Assembly: GCA_016795485.1 (NCBI GenBank) | Contig: JAEUHM010000030.1 | Location: forward strand, 60,369 to 124,368 | DNA from: Verrucomicrobiaceae bacterium | Lineage (GTDB): Bacteria > Verrucomicrobiota > Verrucomicrobiia > Verrucomicrobiales > Verrucomicrobiaceae | Direction: 5' to 3' | Length of the DNA stretch: 64,000 nucleotides | In this document: positions 1 to 9,250 of the stretch, in pieces | How the letters are laid out: the number at the start of each line of letters is the position of its first letter | Position numbering within the stretch: position 1 is the first letter of the stretch | The notes under the pieces: model-generated | What the model was told of the DNA's origin: nothing | The model's database searches: none | Seen by the model: the letters and a program-made list of their open reading frames with translations, nothing else | Position numbers and translations under genes: made by a program

Positions 1-2078
1 GCATCGTTAAATGGTGCAATGGCTTCACTGGGACGAGAGGGGTCGTTTCAGCTACCGATGCCTTTGTTGGAGTTACGGCTGGTGATGCTGTCGGCACCGT
101 AGCGGCACTCCAGGATGGCAACTTCCTCGTTGGCGCTCCCTCTTTTGATCACACCGCGATTGGGGTTTTGGATGCAGGGGCTCTCACCTGGGGAAGCGGT
201 ACGAATGGCCTGATTGGCACCCCTTCCCTGTCCAACTCCGTCATTGGTAGCACTGCATCCGATCAAGTGGGGATTGCACTAAACAGTTTGGATACTCAAC
301 CCGATGGTAGCTACACGGTGGGCTGTGACTTCTGGGACAACCCTGTCGGGCCCCTATCCAACGCAGGCTGTATCATCTTTGGCCGCCCTGGCACCGCTGT
401 CACAGGCTTCGTCAATGAGTCCAACGCCATCATGGGCACGTCCAGTTTCACGGGTGGTGGCGCTGCTGCCAACCAAGCCAGGTACGACCAGAGCCGTCGG
501 CGCATTTATCACTCCAGACGCCAGTCGAATGTGGTGAAGGTAGCTACCATGGACGGCCTCACGTCACTAGGTCGCACGGGTGAGTCTGCTCCCGGCAGTG
601 CAGACATTGCTTTCCATTCTCCAGGCACCACCGCCATCACTGGTTCCGATCAGTCCCTCACGGACTGGACGCTCAGGGGCAGCGGCAGCAGCAAGGGCAG
701 AAACAAGGCCCTCTTTGGCCGCTCCGTTTGGGATGGCTCCACGGAACTCGTCTTACAAACCGGTTCCGTCCTCAGCGTTCTAGGCAGTAGCCTCCCAGCC
801 AATGCCACCACCAGCAGCACGGCAGGTCAGACCATCAATCAACCCTTCCGTGGCCTCTTCCAGGCCACCGTCACTGGCACCGGCCTCACCTCCGCTAACA
901 ATCGACTGCTGCTCCTGGATAATGGCGTCACCGTCAGCCTCCTCCGCCGCACCGGGCAGCCCCTTGGCATCGCGCCCATGACCAATGCCAAACCAAGCGC
1001 CTTCCTGGAGGTGCTGCAAAGTCACGACCAAGACCTCATCACCCTCACTTACAAACTCGCTGCCGACAAAACCCTGCCCGTGGACTCCGGCAACGACACC
1101 GGCCTGCTGCTCATGAATCACCAGGGCACCATCACCAACGTCATGGCCAGGGAAGGGGACGTCTCCTTCAGTGGCAGCGGCAACTTTGGGCAGTTCATCG
1201 GGCGCGCCACCGCCTCTGTTGGCAACTTCATCCACTTCCTCGCCTATCACGACCCTACGGGCAACACGCCGCCTGGGCAGTCCGTGTTTCGTCTCCGCTC
1301 AGACGGTGGCAGCGCTACAAGGCACACCCAGACAGGCGGACTGGCCCCAGGCACTGGAGACGCCAGTTACAGAACCTATCTCGGCATCTCCCAGATCGCC
1401 AGTCAGGCCATCGTCCGCATCACCCTTGGTAATTGCCCCGCCAACGTCAACGAGGGCCTCTTTGCCATCCCCTCTCAACTCCTCCTCACCCGCAAAGGCG
1501 ACCTCGTGGATAACACCAACCTCCCCGACGTGAAGATCGCCAAAATCATCCGCTTCTGGGGTTCAGGAGCGGATCAACTCCTCCTCCATGTCCAACTCAC
1601 AGGCACGAACGTGAACCGCAGCAACAACCAAGCCTTCCTTCTGCGCCAGGGCGACGGCATTTACCGCGTGCTACTCCGCACCGGCCAGACTGCACCCAGC
1701 ACCGGCACCGCCAAACTCTCCAGCATCAGCACTATCGAGGTAAATCCCGTCACAGGCCGCTATGCCGTGTTAGGCACCCTCAGTGGAACCACCTCCGCCA
1801 CCAATCAAGCCATCTGGACCGGTCATTCCCAGGCAGGAGACAACACCACCACCCTCAGCGCGCTGCGTTTCCCCACGCTAGCCCTCCGCAAAGGCTCCAC
1901 CTACCAAACCGGCACCACACCGCAGGGAATCATCCGCGGCTTAGCTCTGCGCCCAGCCCCTGATACCACCGGTGCCGGCGGCCGCGGCCTGGCCCAGACC
2001 ATCAACTCCACCGGCGAACTCGCCCTCATCATCACCGCCGACCTCGGCGTGCAGGAGCTTGTGGTGTTGGATAAGTAA
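1..2078 (+). CDS. FG-GAP/integrin-alpha-like repeat surface protein, 5'-truncated by the window edge. The frame is open from nt 3; the ORF-track start at 168 is TTG.
   Basis: No stop codon in this frame from nt 3. The N-terminal translation contains FVGV...LVGAP and FDH motifs typical of FG-GAP repeats. Internal repeats such as VLLRTGQ and LLDNGVTVSLLRRTGQ recur. The protein is rich in Thr/Gly/Ser. Confidence 0.5.
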   Translation, partial: IVKWCNGFTGTRGVVSATDAFVGVTAGDAVGTVAALQDGNFLVGAPSFDHTAIGVLDAGALTWGSGTNGLIGTPSLSNSVIGSTASDQVGIALNSLDTQPDGSYTVGCDFWDNPVGPLSNAGCIIFGRPGTAVTGFVNESNAIMGTSSFTGGGAAANQARYDQSRRRIYHSRRQSNVVKVATMDGLTSLGRTGESAPGSADIAFHSPGTTAITGSDQSLTDWTLRGSGSSKGRNKALFGRSVWDGSTELVLQTGSVLSVLGSSLPANATTSSTAGQTINQPFRGLFQATVTGTGLTSANNRLLLLDNGVTVSLLRRTGQPLGIAPMTNAKPSAFLEVLQSHDQDLITLTYKLAADKTLPVDSGNDTGLLLMNHQGTITNVMAREGDVSFSGSGNFGQFIGRATASVGNFIHFLAYHDPTGNTPPGQSVFRLRSDGGSATRHTQTGGLAPGTGDASYRTYLGISQIASQAIVRITLGNCPANVNEGLFAIPSQLLLTRKGDLVDNTNLPDVKIAKIIRFWGSGADQLLLHVQLTGTNVNRSNNQAFLLRQGDGIYRVLLRTGQTAPSTGTAKLSSISTIEVNPVTGRYAVLGTLSGTTSATNQAIWTGHSQAGDNTTTLSALRFPTLALRKGSTYQTGTTPQGIIRGLALRPAPDTTGAGGRGLAQTINSTGELALIITADLGVQELVVLDK

Positions 2079-2259
2079 CGCAGCCTACTCCCACACCGCC
2101 GCCTGTCGCATCTGATAGAAAGCGGTTCTTTAACTGCTTGGGCACATTTTCCGTCCTTCCGTGTCCGAAAACTCCGCCTACAAGCCACAGCCACTCAATG
2201 GTGTCCGCGAGAGCAGCAGCCTATTCTTGAGATGCCCATGAAAACTCAGTGTTTGGTAT

Positions 2260-3267
2260 GTGACAAAACATTTTGGCTGTGGAACCCATACCAATCACGA
2301 TCTTCTGCCGATTATGCGCCAATCCGATATTCTCCAGCAATTGTTATTCATTCGCAGCAAGGGCACGTTTGCCTCTCACCTCCACTCTACTGCCAATAGC
2401 AATCAGGAAGTGCTTGGATTGTCGTTGCTCCGCGAACGCCTTAGAATCGCACTTGATATCCCGGGCCTGGACAAAATCGCAAAACGAATAGCAGATTCGA
2501 AAGCACTCAGCATGGCTGCAGATTCCTGCAGTTTATCATACTCTGACTACACTAGATTGAAGAGCCAAGCCGAGGACCTTGATAAAATGTCTGAGGTGAT
2601 GTTCAATTACCTAAAGAGTGTCTACTCTGAATCACTTGCCGAGCCACACCTCATTACGATAAGGCTGCCGACTCAGGACCAACTCGGTTCAGTATCACAC
2701 TCGATTCAGGAACTGGACGACATTCTCAGCCAGTGCCTCTCAATCCTCGACGAACCTAGCACCGTAAGAGTTATAGGCTGGGAACGAGGTTCGCTGTGGA
2801 TCGATATCGCCTTGGGTGCGCCAATCGCAGTTACATGCATCGGCGCACTTGCTTGGTCAGCGGTGTGTGTATTAAAGAAATACCGAGAATCTCAACTCAT
2901 CGAAAAGCTCGTTGAGGCCCAGAATGTGAAAAATGAGATGCTGGAAGACCTGCGCAAGACGATGAGAGATTCGCTTAACACGCTCATCTCCGCAGAAGCT
3001 AGAAGGCTCGATGAGAACCACTCGAAAAAGAAAGGGGATCCTGAGACAATCCAGCGACTGACACATTGCGTGCGATCACTGTTTGAGATGATGCAGCAAG
3101 GTGCCGAGGTTCACCCCGCCTTGATGGCACCTCAAGAGGTCAAGGATGCCTTTCCCAAAATGGATGAGGTGCTTGGACTCCCTTCCACCACGAAGCTCCT
3201 CAAGGATCACAGAGATTCTGAGACCGATTCTGGTGAAGCCTCAGATCACCCGCCGAGTTCAATGTAG
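2260..3267 (+). CDS. Hypothetical membrane-anchored protein. One central TM helix (IALGAPIAVTCIGALAWSAVCVL) and coiled-coil-like flanks. GC is markedly lower than the surroundings.
   Basis: 335-aa ORF with no recognisable catalytic motifs. About 45% GC against about 57% around it. Sits next to a REP/minisatellite block. Confidence 0.4.
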   Translation: MTKHFGCGTHTNHDLLPIMRQSDILQQLLFIRSKGTFASHLHSTANSNQEVLGLSLLRERLRIALDIPGLDKIAKRIADSKALSMAADSCSLSYSDYTRLKSQAEDLDKMSEVMFNYLKSVYSESLAEPHLITIRLPTQDQLGSVSHSIQELDDILSQCLSILDEPSTVRVIGWERGSLWIDIALGAPIAVTCIGALAWSAVCVLKKYRESQLIEKLVEAQNVKNEMLEDLRKTMRDSLNTLISAEARRLDENHSKKKGDPETIQRLTHCVRSLFEMMQQGAEVHPALMAPQEVKDAFPKMDEVLGLPSTTKLLKDHRDSETDSGEASDHPPSSM

Positions 3268-3322
3268 GCAGAGGCAACGCTAGGAGGTGGAGCGCATAGC
3301 GACATTCCACCGCTCCGGGAGG

Positions 3323-3774
3323 CACGCTAAGCTAAGGGAGCGCGGGCACTCCTGCCCGCATGCCGGAGCGGTGAATGTGAGAAGGTCTATAGGCTCTCTG
3401 ACCGGCCTGTGCGCGTGTGTTAAGGCCCGGGGACGTGGGGCGGTCTGTTTGCTTGCAGGTTGGACGAGTCACTCACTCCGGCGGGCGGACAAGAGTGTCC
3501 GCGCTCCTGTTTCCGCCGCTCCGGGGAGCCGGAGGCTGGTGGAAGAGTTGCGGAGGAAGGTGGGGGCACGCTAAGCTAAGGGAGCGCGGGCACTCCTGCC
3601 CGCAAGTCGGAGCGGTGAATGTGAGAAGGTCTATAGGCTCTCTGACCGACCTGTGCGCGTGCGTTAAGGCCCGGCAACGTGGGGCGGTCTGTTTGCTTGC
3701 AGGTTGGACGAGTCACTCACTCCGGCGGGCGGACAAGAGTGTCCGCGCTCCTGTTTCCGCCGCTCCGGGGAGCC
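3323..3774. repeat. Two near-identical 208-bp direct repeats (3323-3530 and 3567-3774) separated by 36 bp. Each contains hairpin-forming palindromes (gcgggcactcctgcccgc; gcggacaagagtgtccgc).
   Basis: Direct comparison of the two copies shows a 244-bp period and about 97% identity. Confidence 0.85.
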
Positions 3775-4012
3775 GTGCCACCGCTCCGGTGAGCCGTGCC
3801 ACCGCTCCGGTGAGCCGTGCCACCAGCCACGGGGTCCACGCCACCAGCCACGGGGTCCACGCCACCAGCCACGGGGTCCAAGCCGCCAGCCACGGGGTCC
3901 AAGCCGCCAGCCACGGGGTCCGTGCCGCCAGCCCCGTGGTCCACGCCGCCAGCCCCGTGGTCCACGCCGCCAGCCACCGGGTCCGTGCCGCCAGCCCCGT
4001 GGTCCGGGCCAC
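3771..4012. repeat. 21-bp tandem minisatellite, about 11 units (agccgtgccaccgctccggtg drifting to ccaccagccacggggtccacg variants).
   Basis: Contiguous 21-bp units are visible in the sequence. They produce the spurious repetitive ORFs on both strands at 3417-4122. Confidence 0.85.
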
Positions 4013-4048
4013 CGCTGGTAGGGCGTCTTGGTCCTCCAAGCGCCGTCA
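4013..4048. repeat. Isolated REP-like palindrome (ggtagggcgtcttggtcctccaagcgcc). It is the same core as the REP units flanking the RAYT gene at 42.2-43.8 kb.
   Basis: Near-identical to ggtagggcgcttggtcccccaagcgcc at 42202, 42361, 42519, 43272 and 43431. Confidence 0.55.
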
Positions 4049-4388
4049 TCGCAGGCCGAGCGGCTTCGTTCATCCGGCGGGTTCATCATAGTCCACTGGC
4101 CTAACGCGACTCTGTGAGACACAGCGCCCTACCGCCCACGCGCCAATCCAAAATCCAAAATCCAAAAATAGTTCTTGTTCTTTGTCGTTCGGATTTGGTA
4201 AAACCGTCGGCGTATCGGTTTAAGCGACTTATGAAAGGTGTTTTCCGCGCAGTGTTATGGCAAACGGTATCATCAGACTTGATGAAGGCTGGAGGCTCGA
4301 TGAGGGCCACCATTTTGACCAGCCTCCCTTTGTGCCGTCTCCGTTGCCTGTGCTGACACCTCCACCAACCACAAAGAAAGGCAAAACC

Positions 4389-5000
4389 ATGGACTACATC
4401 CCCAGCAAACGCAGTGACCAGTATCTCTGGCTGAAGAACATCAGCACCAATGCCGTGACGACCGCGGCTGACCTGAGCGTGCCCGCCGCAGAGGGCACGG
4501 ACTTAAAAGGCCATGCGGACGCCGTAGTGGCCGCCATGGATGCCACCAACGCGGCCTCCACCGCGCTGGATGGAGCGCGCGCCACCGAGCGCACAGTCAC
4601 CGCCGCGAGACTGAAGTCCATACGAGACATCGTCAAGCGCTGGAAGACCCAGCCCGCCTACCCCGGCAGCGGTGCAGAAGGAGTGCTGCAACTCAAAGGC
4701 CCTGGAGATGGCTTTGATCCGTCCACCTTCAAGGCTGAAATCAGTGCGGTGGTAGAGGGCGGCGTCATCCGCATCGAGTTCAAGAAGAGCGGCCTGGATG
4801 GCGTCAATGTCTATTGCCGCCTGCGTGGTAGCCCAGGCTGGCAGAAGCTGGCGTTTGACTCCTCCTCCCCCTACATAGACAACGCTCCCCTGGCCAACCC
4901 TGCCGTCCCAGAAACCCGCGAATACAAAGCGCGTGGCGTTCTGGACGACGAAGAAGTAGGCCTGGAGAGTGACGTGGTGAGCGTAGTCTTCGGCGGCTGA
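4389..5000 (+). CDS. Hypothetical protein, 203 aa from the ATG at 4389. The ORF is open from 4257.
   Basis: AAAGAAAGG RBS-like purine run sits 6-8 nt upstream of the ATG at 4389. No recognisable domain. Sits in the accessory region upstream of a collagen-like gene. Confidence 0.4.
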   Translation: MDYIPSKRSDQYLWLKNISTNAVTTAADLSVPAAEGTDLKGHADAVVAAMDATNAASTALDGARATERTVTAARLKSIRDIVKRWKTQPAYPGSGAEGVLQLKGPGDGFDPSTFKAEISAVVEGGVIRIEFKKSGLDGVNVYCRLRGSPGWQKLAFDSSSPYIDNAPLANPAVPETREYKARGVLDDEEVGLESDVVSVVFGG

Positions 5001-5005
5001 GTTTG

Positions 5006-5125
5006 GGGTTTGCAGTTGTTGGCAATCGTTTGCAGTTGTTTGCAGTAGTTGACTGAACACGAATCGCTGCCCCAAAAAACCACCGTAAACTATCGCAAAC
5101 CATAGCAAACCACCGCCAACTCCCC
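5006..5125. repeat. Short direct repeats in an intergenic region: GTTTGCAGTTGTT x3 and CAAACCA/TCGCAAACC repeats.
   Basis: Visible in the sequence between the stop at 5000 and the ATG at 5135. Confidence 0.45.
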
Positions 5126-5134
5126 TCCCTCCCC

Positions 5135-5584
5135 ATGGCTTTCGACCCTAACATCCCTGAACCGAACGCTGAGCTGACCTCGGCGATGTTTCGCACGCAG
5201 TTGCAAGGTTTGAAGGCGCTGATAGATGCCATACCGGCGGGTCCAGAAGGCCCGCCGGGGCCACCCTTTGCCAATGCGGTGGTGGATAGCGTAGCTACGG
5301 TGGACCCAGGGCAGCCAGCGGTGGTGACGGTGACCTTTGACGGCACCAATGTGCGGTTTTCCTTTTCCATCCCTCGTGGGGCAGCAGGTACTACCGGCCC
5401 CCAGGGCAATGATGGAGCACAGGGAGTGCCCGGAGAGGTCACGGCCGCTCAACTGTCAGGTGCCATAGCCGGTACCAGCAATGTGACCAACAGTGTGGCA
5501 ACGTTGGACACGGCTTTTGCAGATGCCGACTTGGAGACCGTGCGTCAGAAGCTCAACGAGCTGATCCTGGCAGCCAGGAGGTGA
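5135..5584 (+). CDS. Small protein with collagen-like Gly-X-Y runs (GPEGPPGPP; GAAGTTGPQGNDGAQGVPGE). Phage-tail-fibre-like or collagen-triple-helix-like.
   Basis: 149-aa ORF with two short GXY triplet runs. C-terminal part predicted helical. Confidence 0.45.
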   Translation: MAFDPNIPEPNAELTSAMFRTQLQGLKALIDAIPAGPEGPPGPPFANAVVDSVATVDPGQPAVVTVTFDGTNVRFSFSIPRGAAGTTGPQGNDGAQGVPGEVTAAQLSGAIAGTSNVTNSVATLDTAFADADLETVRQKLNELILAARR

Positions 5585-5747
5585 GGAGACGTTCAGACTG
5601 CGTAAACGCATCACTCCAACTGGGGTATACCCTCCGTCATCTGGATTTGTGATTTTCGGGTGGCTGGAGTGGTGGAGGATTGGAGTGCTGGCCATCACTC
5701 CATCACTCCATCACTCCAAGTGAGTCAGCAGTCCAGCCTAGCCAGCC

Positions 5748-6251
5748 CTACTCCGCTGCTGCTCCAAAGAAGATCTCGCTGACCTTGCCGTCTTTGATGG
5801 TGAAGATGATGCCGCCGTAGATGGAACCTGCGACAAAGCTGGTGGGACTGGACATTTCTTTGTCTTCCACTTTGCCGTAAGCTTTCACCACCTCGGCCTT
5901 TTTGGAGCCCAGCTTGATGCCTTTGACCGTGGCGAGGGTGCATTTGCCATGGGCAGTGAAGGCGGAGACGGTCTTGGGGCCTTTCTTTTTCTCGCCGGAA
6001 CTCATGCGGAGAGTGAGGCCCTTTTCTTTGCACTCCCATGTCTGGATGTACTCGCCCGTAGCTCCTTCCAGAACGGACTCACTCTTGCTGACGGCTGCTT
6101 TTCCAAGAAAAGGAGCAAGGGCCTTCTCGCTCATGCCAAGCTGCAGGCCACCAAGGCTTTCTTTGGCAAGAAGGTCGTCCCCAGCCTCTTGTGCGGTGAC
6201 GGACGACATGGCGATGAGGAGGAGAGATAAAATGGAGACGATGTGTTTCAT
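5748..6251 (-). CDS. Secreted or periplasmic hypothetical protein with an N-terminal signal peptide. Lies 12 nt downstream of the di-heme peroxidase gene on the same strand.
   Basis: Signal peptide MKHIVSILSLLLIAMSSVTAQE. Lys-rich. The 12-nt gap to the CCP gene suggests co-transcription. Confidence 0.5.
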   Translation of the reverse strand: MKHIVSILSLLLIAMSSVTAQEAGDDLLAKESLGGLQLGMSEKALAPFLGKAAVSKSESVLEGATGEYIQTWECKEKGLTLRMSSGEKKKGPKTVSAFTAHGKCTLATVKGIKLGSKKAEVVKAYGKVEDKEMSSPTSFVAGSIYGGIIFTIKDGKVSEIFFGAAAE

Positions 6252-6262
6252 GGGATGGGTAT

Positions 6263-7909
6263 TTAGTCCGTGTGGCTGAGTGTCTTGAGGAACTCGATAA
6301 CGCAGCGTTTGTCTTCCTCACTGAGGTCGAGGCCGCCATCGGGGTGTTTGGCTAGGTTGGGATCAAGCGTGTCGGTGCGTTGGATGCCGTGACTGTAGTG
6401 ATTTAGCACTTCTTCCAGCGTCTTGAAGCGGCCATCGTGCATGTAGGGGGCCGTTAGGGCGATGTTGCGCAGAGTGGGGGTGACGAAGGTGCCTTTATCC
6501 AAGGCGGACTTGGTCACGCGATGTCTGCCGGTGTCTTTCTCGTCGATGGCCAGGCCATTGTTGCGAAACTGGTGATCGGTAAACAAGGCTCCTCCGTGGC
6601 AGTGGAAGCAATCGGCTCCCATGGTGCCAAGCCGTGGCTCGCGCTCGGTCATGAATAGCTCAAAGCCGCGCTGCTCATCTGCGCTGAGTTTGAGTTCGCC
6701 TCTTTGTGCGCGATCAAACTTGGAGTTGTGCGAGGTCAGAGTGAGCAAATAGGCCTCGATGGCCATACCAAGGCGCTCAGGAGTGATTTCAGGTGAACCG
6801 AAGGCCTCTTTGAACTCGCTCGAGTAAGCCCGAAGCTTCTGCATGACCCTTGGCAAAGATTCATCCATCTCGCGATGATCTTGAATGGGCACCAGAGCCT
6901 GCTCTCGCAGGGTAGTCGCCCTCCCATCCCAAAAAAACGTGTCCTTCCAGGCTAAATTGAAAAGGGGCATGGCATTCCGGTCTCCGAGGCGGCCCTCGAC
7001 TCCGGGACTGAGTCGCCTTGGGTCGCTCAGTGCGTTCTCTTTCATGTGGCAAGAACTGCAAGAGATCGTGTTGCCGCGTGAGAGGGCCGTTTCGTGGAAG
7101 AGCTTTTTGCCCAAAGCCACCCTGGCGGGCGTGAGAGGATTGTCTGCGGGCAGTCGAGGCTGTGGAAGAGTGCCTAACTTGAGTGTGAGAGGCATTTTTT
7201 CTGCCGAAGGTGCCACCGTCTCACCTTTGCCGACCTTCATCAGTCGAAAAGCCTGTTTGAGTTTGTCGCGGAGTTGATACGCCAAGGGATCGTCGTCTGC
7301 GGAATGCGTGGAGGCTCCATCTTTGATGAAGTCGATGCCTTTGAGGACGGTCGCCACATCCAACCGTACTTCTACTTCGGTCGTGCCGCTCTCATTCAAC
7401 GTAATCTCCGCTGGCAAAGAGATGCGTGTACGCATGAAGTCGTTGCCCAAATGATAGGCATAGCCACTGAGCGTGCCGTCTTTGCGTTTCCACTGGCCTT
7501 CGAGTGCCATGAAGATATACCCACCCTGCCAGGACCAGTGCAGGCCACAGACGCGAGGGTTGAGTGGATGATCCGGGCCCCACGTGGCAGGGTCGCGTTG
7601 ATTGTCCTTGGGGACGAGGCCGATTTCGAAGTTTAGCTTCTGGTAAGTTCCCGACGGAAGTCCGCTGATGAGTAAGCTTGGCCGATCCTTCGTCACCCAG
7701 CCTGCAAATCCCTCGTGACGTGCCGACTTGGTGCCGTCTGCGGACTCAAGGTTGACCTCGCTGACGAGGTAACTGAGCCTTGTCAAAGTCCAAGGTCCGG
7801 CGGCATCGTGCGTCATGATCAATTTCAAGTCCGCAGCTCCGACAGAGCAGGCGAGCGCTACCCAGCACAACAGTGTGCGCAGATGATGGGCGTTCCCTTT
7901 TGCTTGCAT
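6263..7909 (-). CDS. Di-heme cytochrome c peroxidase (CCP/MauG/MbnH family) with an N-terminal ~270-aa extension domain.
   Basis: Two CXXCH motifs (CSSCHMKEN and CFHCHGG) in the typical CCP arrangement, plus FWDGRA and PYMHDGRFKTLEEV motifs. I place the start at the internal Met (7909) that precedes a signal peptide. Confidence 0.8.
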   Translation of the reverse strand: MQAKGNAHHLRTLLCWVALACSVGAADLKLIMTHDAAGPWTLTRLSYLVSEVNLESADGTKSARHEGFAGWVTKDRPSLLISGLPSGTYQKLNFEIGLVPKDNQRDPATWGPDHPLNPRVCGLHWSWQGGYIFMALEGQWKRKDGTLSGYAYHLGNDFMRTRISLPAEITLNESGTTEVEVRLDVATVLKGIDFIKDGASTHSADDDPLAYQLRDKLKQAFRLMKVGKGETVAPSAEKMPLTLKLGTLPQPRLPADNPLTPARVALGKKLFHETALSRGNTISCSSCHMKENALSDPRRLSPGVEGRLGDRNAMPLFNLAWKDTFFWDGRATTLREQALVPIQDHREMDESLPRVMQKLRAYSSEFKEAFGSPEITPERLGMAIEAYLLTLTSHNSKFDRAQRGELKLSADEQRGFELFMTEREPRLGTMGADCFHCHGGALFTDHQFRNNGLAIDEKDTGRHRVTKSALDKGTFVTPTLRNIALTAPYMHDGRFKTLEEVLNHYSHGIQRTDTLDPNLAKHPDGGLDLSEEDKRCVIEFLKTLSHTD

Positions 7910-8004
7910 GGGGAGATGGTAGCCGAGTTCAGTGCGTTGCGCAAAGGCGAGCAAATGCCGGGCACCCCGCTTGCCTTTCGTCTCGTTCGCTGCCATTTGT
8001 GGTG

Positions 8005-9246
8005 ATGTTTCGCCAGCTTGTCGCCGCTGTTGTCTTTGCCACGAGCGTGGAGGCAGACGTGCCGCTACCGCCACAGGTGACCAATCCTCTCTCTGCGACT
8101 GAGGCTTGGAACGTGATCCGGCTCGCCACAGAGAACGTGGAGCGACTGGTCCGGGAGTCGCGACCGCTGGAGATCGCGTCCCAGGTGTCGTTACTCAGTC
8201 CGTCGTTGCGAGTGCTTGGCCGCAGTCCGGTGAAAGCTGGTTTTGAAGCCAGGGTGGCAGACGAATCCGCTGTGGCGTTCAAGTTGGTCAATGTCATGGC
8301 AAAGGAAAGCATGACGGAGAACGCAGCCGCAATGCCTGGTCTGCTGGGGCAGTTGAAAAAGAGCATCGGAAGTATCGCTGAAGCGTTTGAATCCGACATC
8401 ACGACGGCAGAAGTGTTTCATTGTCCTCTGCATACGGATTATCTCCTCACAACGCGAGATGGAGCGACTCAGAAGTGTGGACGCTGCCAGCACAAGCTTC
8501 AGGTCCGGCGCATTCCTTATAGCTTCATCTATGCGAGAGCCGAGCAGCCTGCTTTGAGCATGGCAACCAGCCGCCAAGGCGCGCAACTAACCATCAAGCT
8601 TGCGCATAAGGACGGGAGACCAGTGGTGACAGAGGATCTGTGGCCCGTGCATACGGAGACCGTCCAAGTAGTAGTGTTTGGGCCAGAGTATGGGCATTTC
8701 ACTGCCACGCCGTCAGCTTCGGCAGGGGATTACACTTGTGACTTGGCTGTGAGCGCTCCAGGAACTTATCGCTACTTTGTTGGATTAACACCTGCTGTGA
8801 CGGGACTCCCAGAGTATCACTCTGAGACGTTCGTGATTGATGGCTCAGCAGAAGCTTCGTCGTCTGAATCTACAGACGTGCTCACCGCTAAAGTCGACGG
8901 GTATGCGGTAAATATTGCGGTGGCGGGAAAGAGCGGGAATCGACTGCGCGCTGGTAGAACCCAGGCATTGCACGTGCAGTTTCAGGATGCTCAGGGACAG
9001 CCACTGGTACGCCTGGAGCCGCTCTTGCAAGCTTATGCGCACATTGATGCGTTCTATGAGGGCACCGAGACACTCCAGCAACTCCATCCAATGGGAGGAG
9101 ATATCTTGCGCGATGATCTCAGAGGTGGCCCAGGCCTCGCTTTCAAGATCTACTCGCCCGAGGCAGGCACCCTGAAGGCATATCTGCGCTTTAAGGTGGA
9201 TGGACGTGTCCTTGTGGCACCCCTTTGCCTTCAGGTTCTGCCGTGA
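8005..9246 (+). CDS. Secreted protein with a CusF/CusB-type heavy-metal-binding motif (HCPLHTDY...KCGRCQHKL) and a C-terminal beta-rich domain.
   Basis: Signal-peptide-like N-terminus from the Met at 8005. The C-P-x-H ... C-x-x-C arrangement resembles the metal-binding domain of copper/silver efflux adaptor proteins. Confidence 0.5.
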   Translation: MFRQLVAAVVFATSVEADVPLPPQVTNPLSATEAWNVIRLATENVERLVRESRPLEIASQVSLLSPSLRVLGRSPVKAGFEARVADESAVAFKLVNVMAKESMTENAAAMPGLLGQLKKSIGSIAEAFESDITTAEVFHCPLHTDYLLTTRDGATQKCGRCQHKLQVRRIPYSFIYARAEQPALSMATSRQGAQLTIKLAHKDGRPVVTEDLWPVHTETVQVVVFGPEYGHFTATPSASAGDYTCDLAVSAPGTYRYFVGLTPAVTGLPEYHSETFVIDGSAEASSSESTDVLTAKVDGYAVNIAVAGKSGNRLRAGRTQALHVQFQDAQGQPLVRLEPLLQAYAHIDAFYEGTETLQQLHPMGGDILRDDLRGGPGLAFKIYSPEAGTLKAYLRFKVDGRVLVAPLCLQVLP

Positions 9247-9250
9247 CGTA

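Noticed and set aside
780-1533. ORFs 780-1250- and 1171-1533+ inside the FG-GAP repeat gene
   Set aside because: They are embedded in a long continuous ORF with coherent repeat structure. Alternative frames in GC-rich repeat DNA.
3417-4122. Several ORFs (3417-4091+, 3664-4122-, 3704-4021+, 3713-4039-, 3717-4073-, 3817-4104+) with repetitive translations (SHGVHAT, PRGWR, PATGSTP)
   Set aside because: They lie entirely within the 208-bp direct repeats and the 21-bp minisatellite and are open on both strands. These are repeat artefacts, not genes.
4503-5452. ORFs 4503-5108-, 4804-5442-, 5090-5452- antisense to the small accessory genes
   Set aside because: They overlap better-supported sense ORFs and an intergenic repeat. 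No motifs. Probably GC-bias ORFs, though coding potential in this accessory region is genuinely uncertain.
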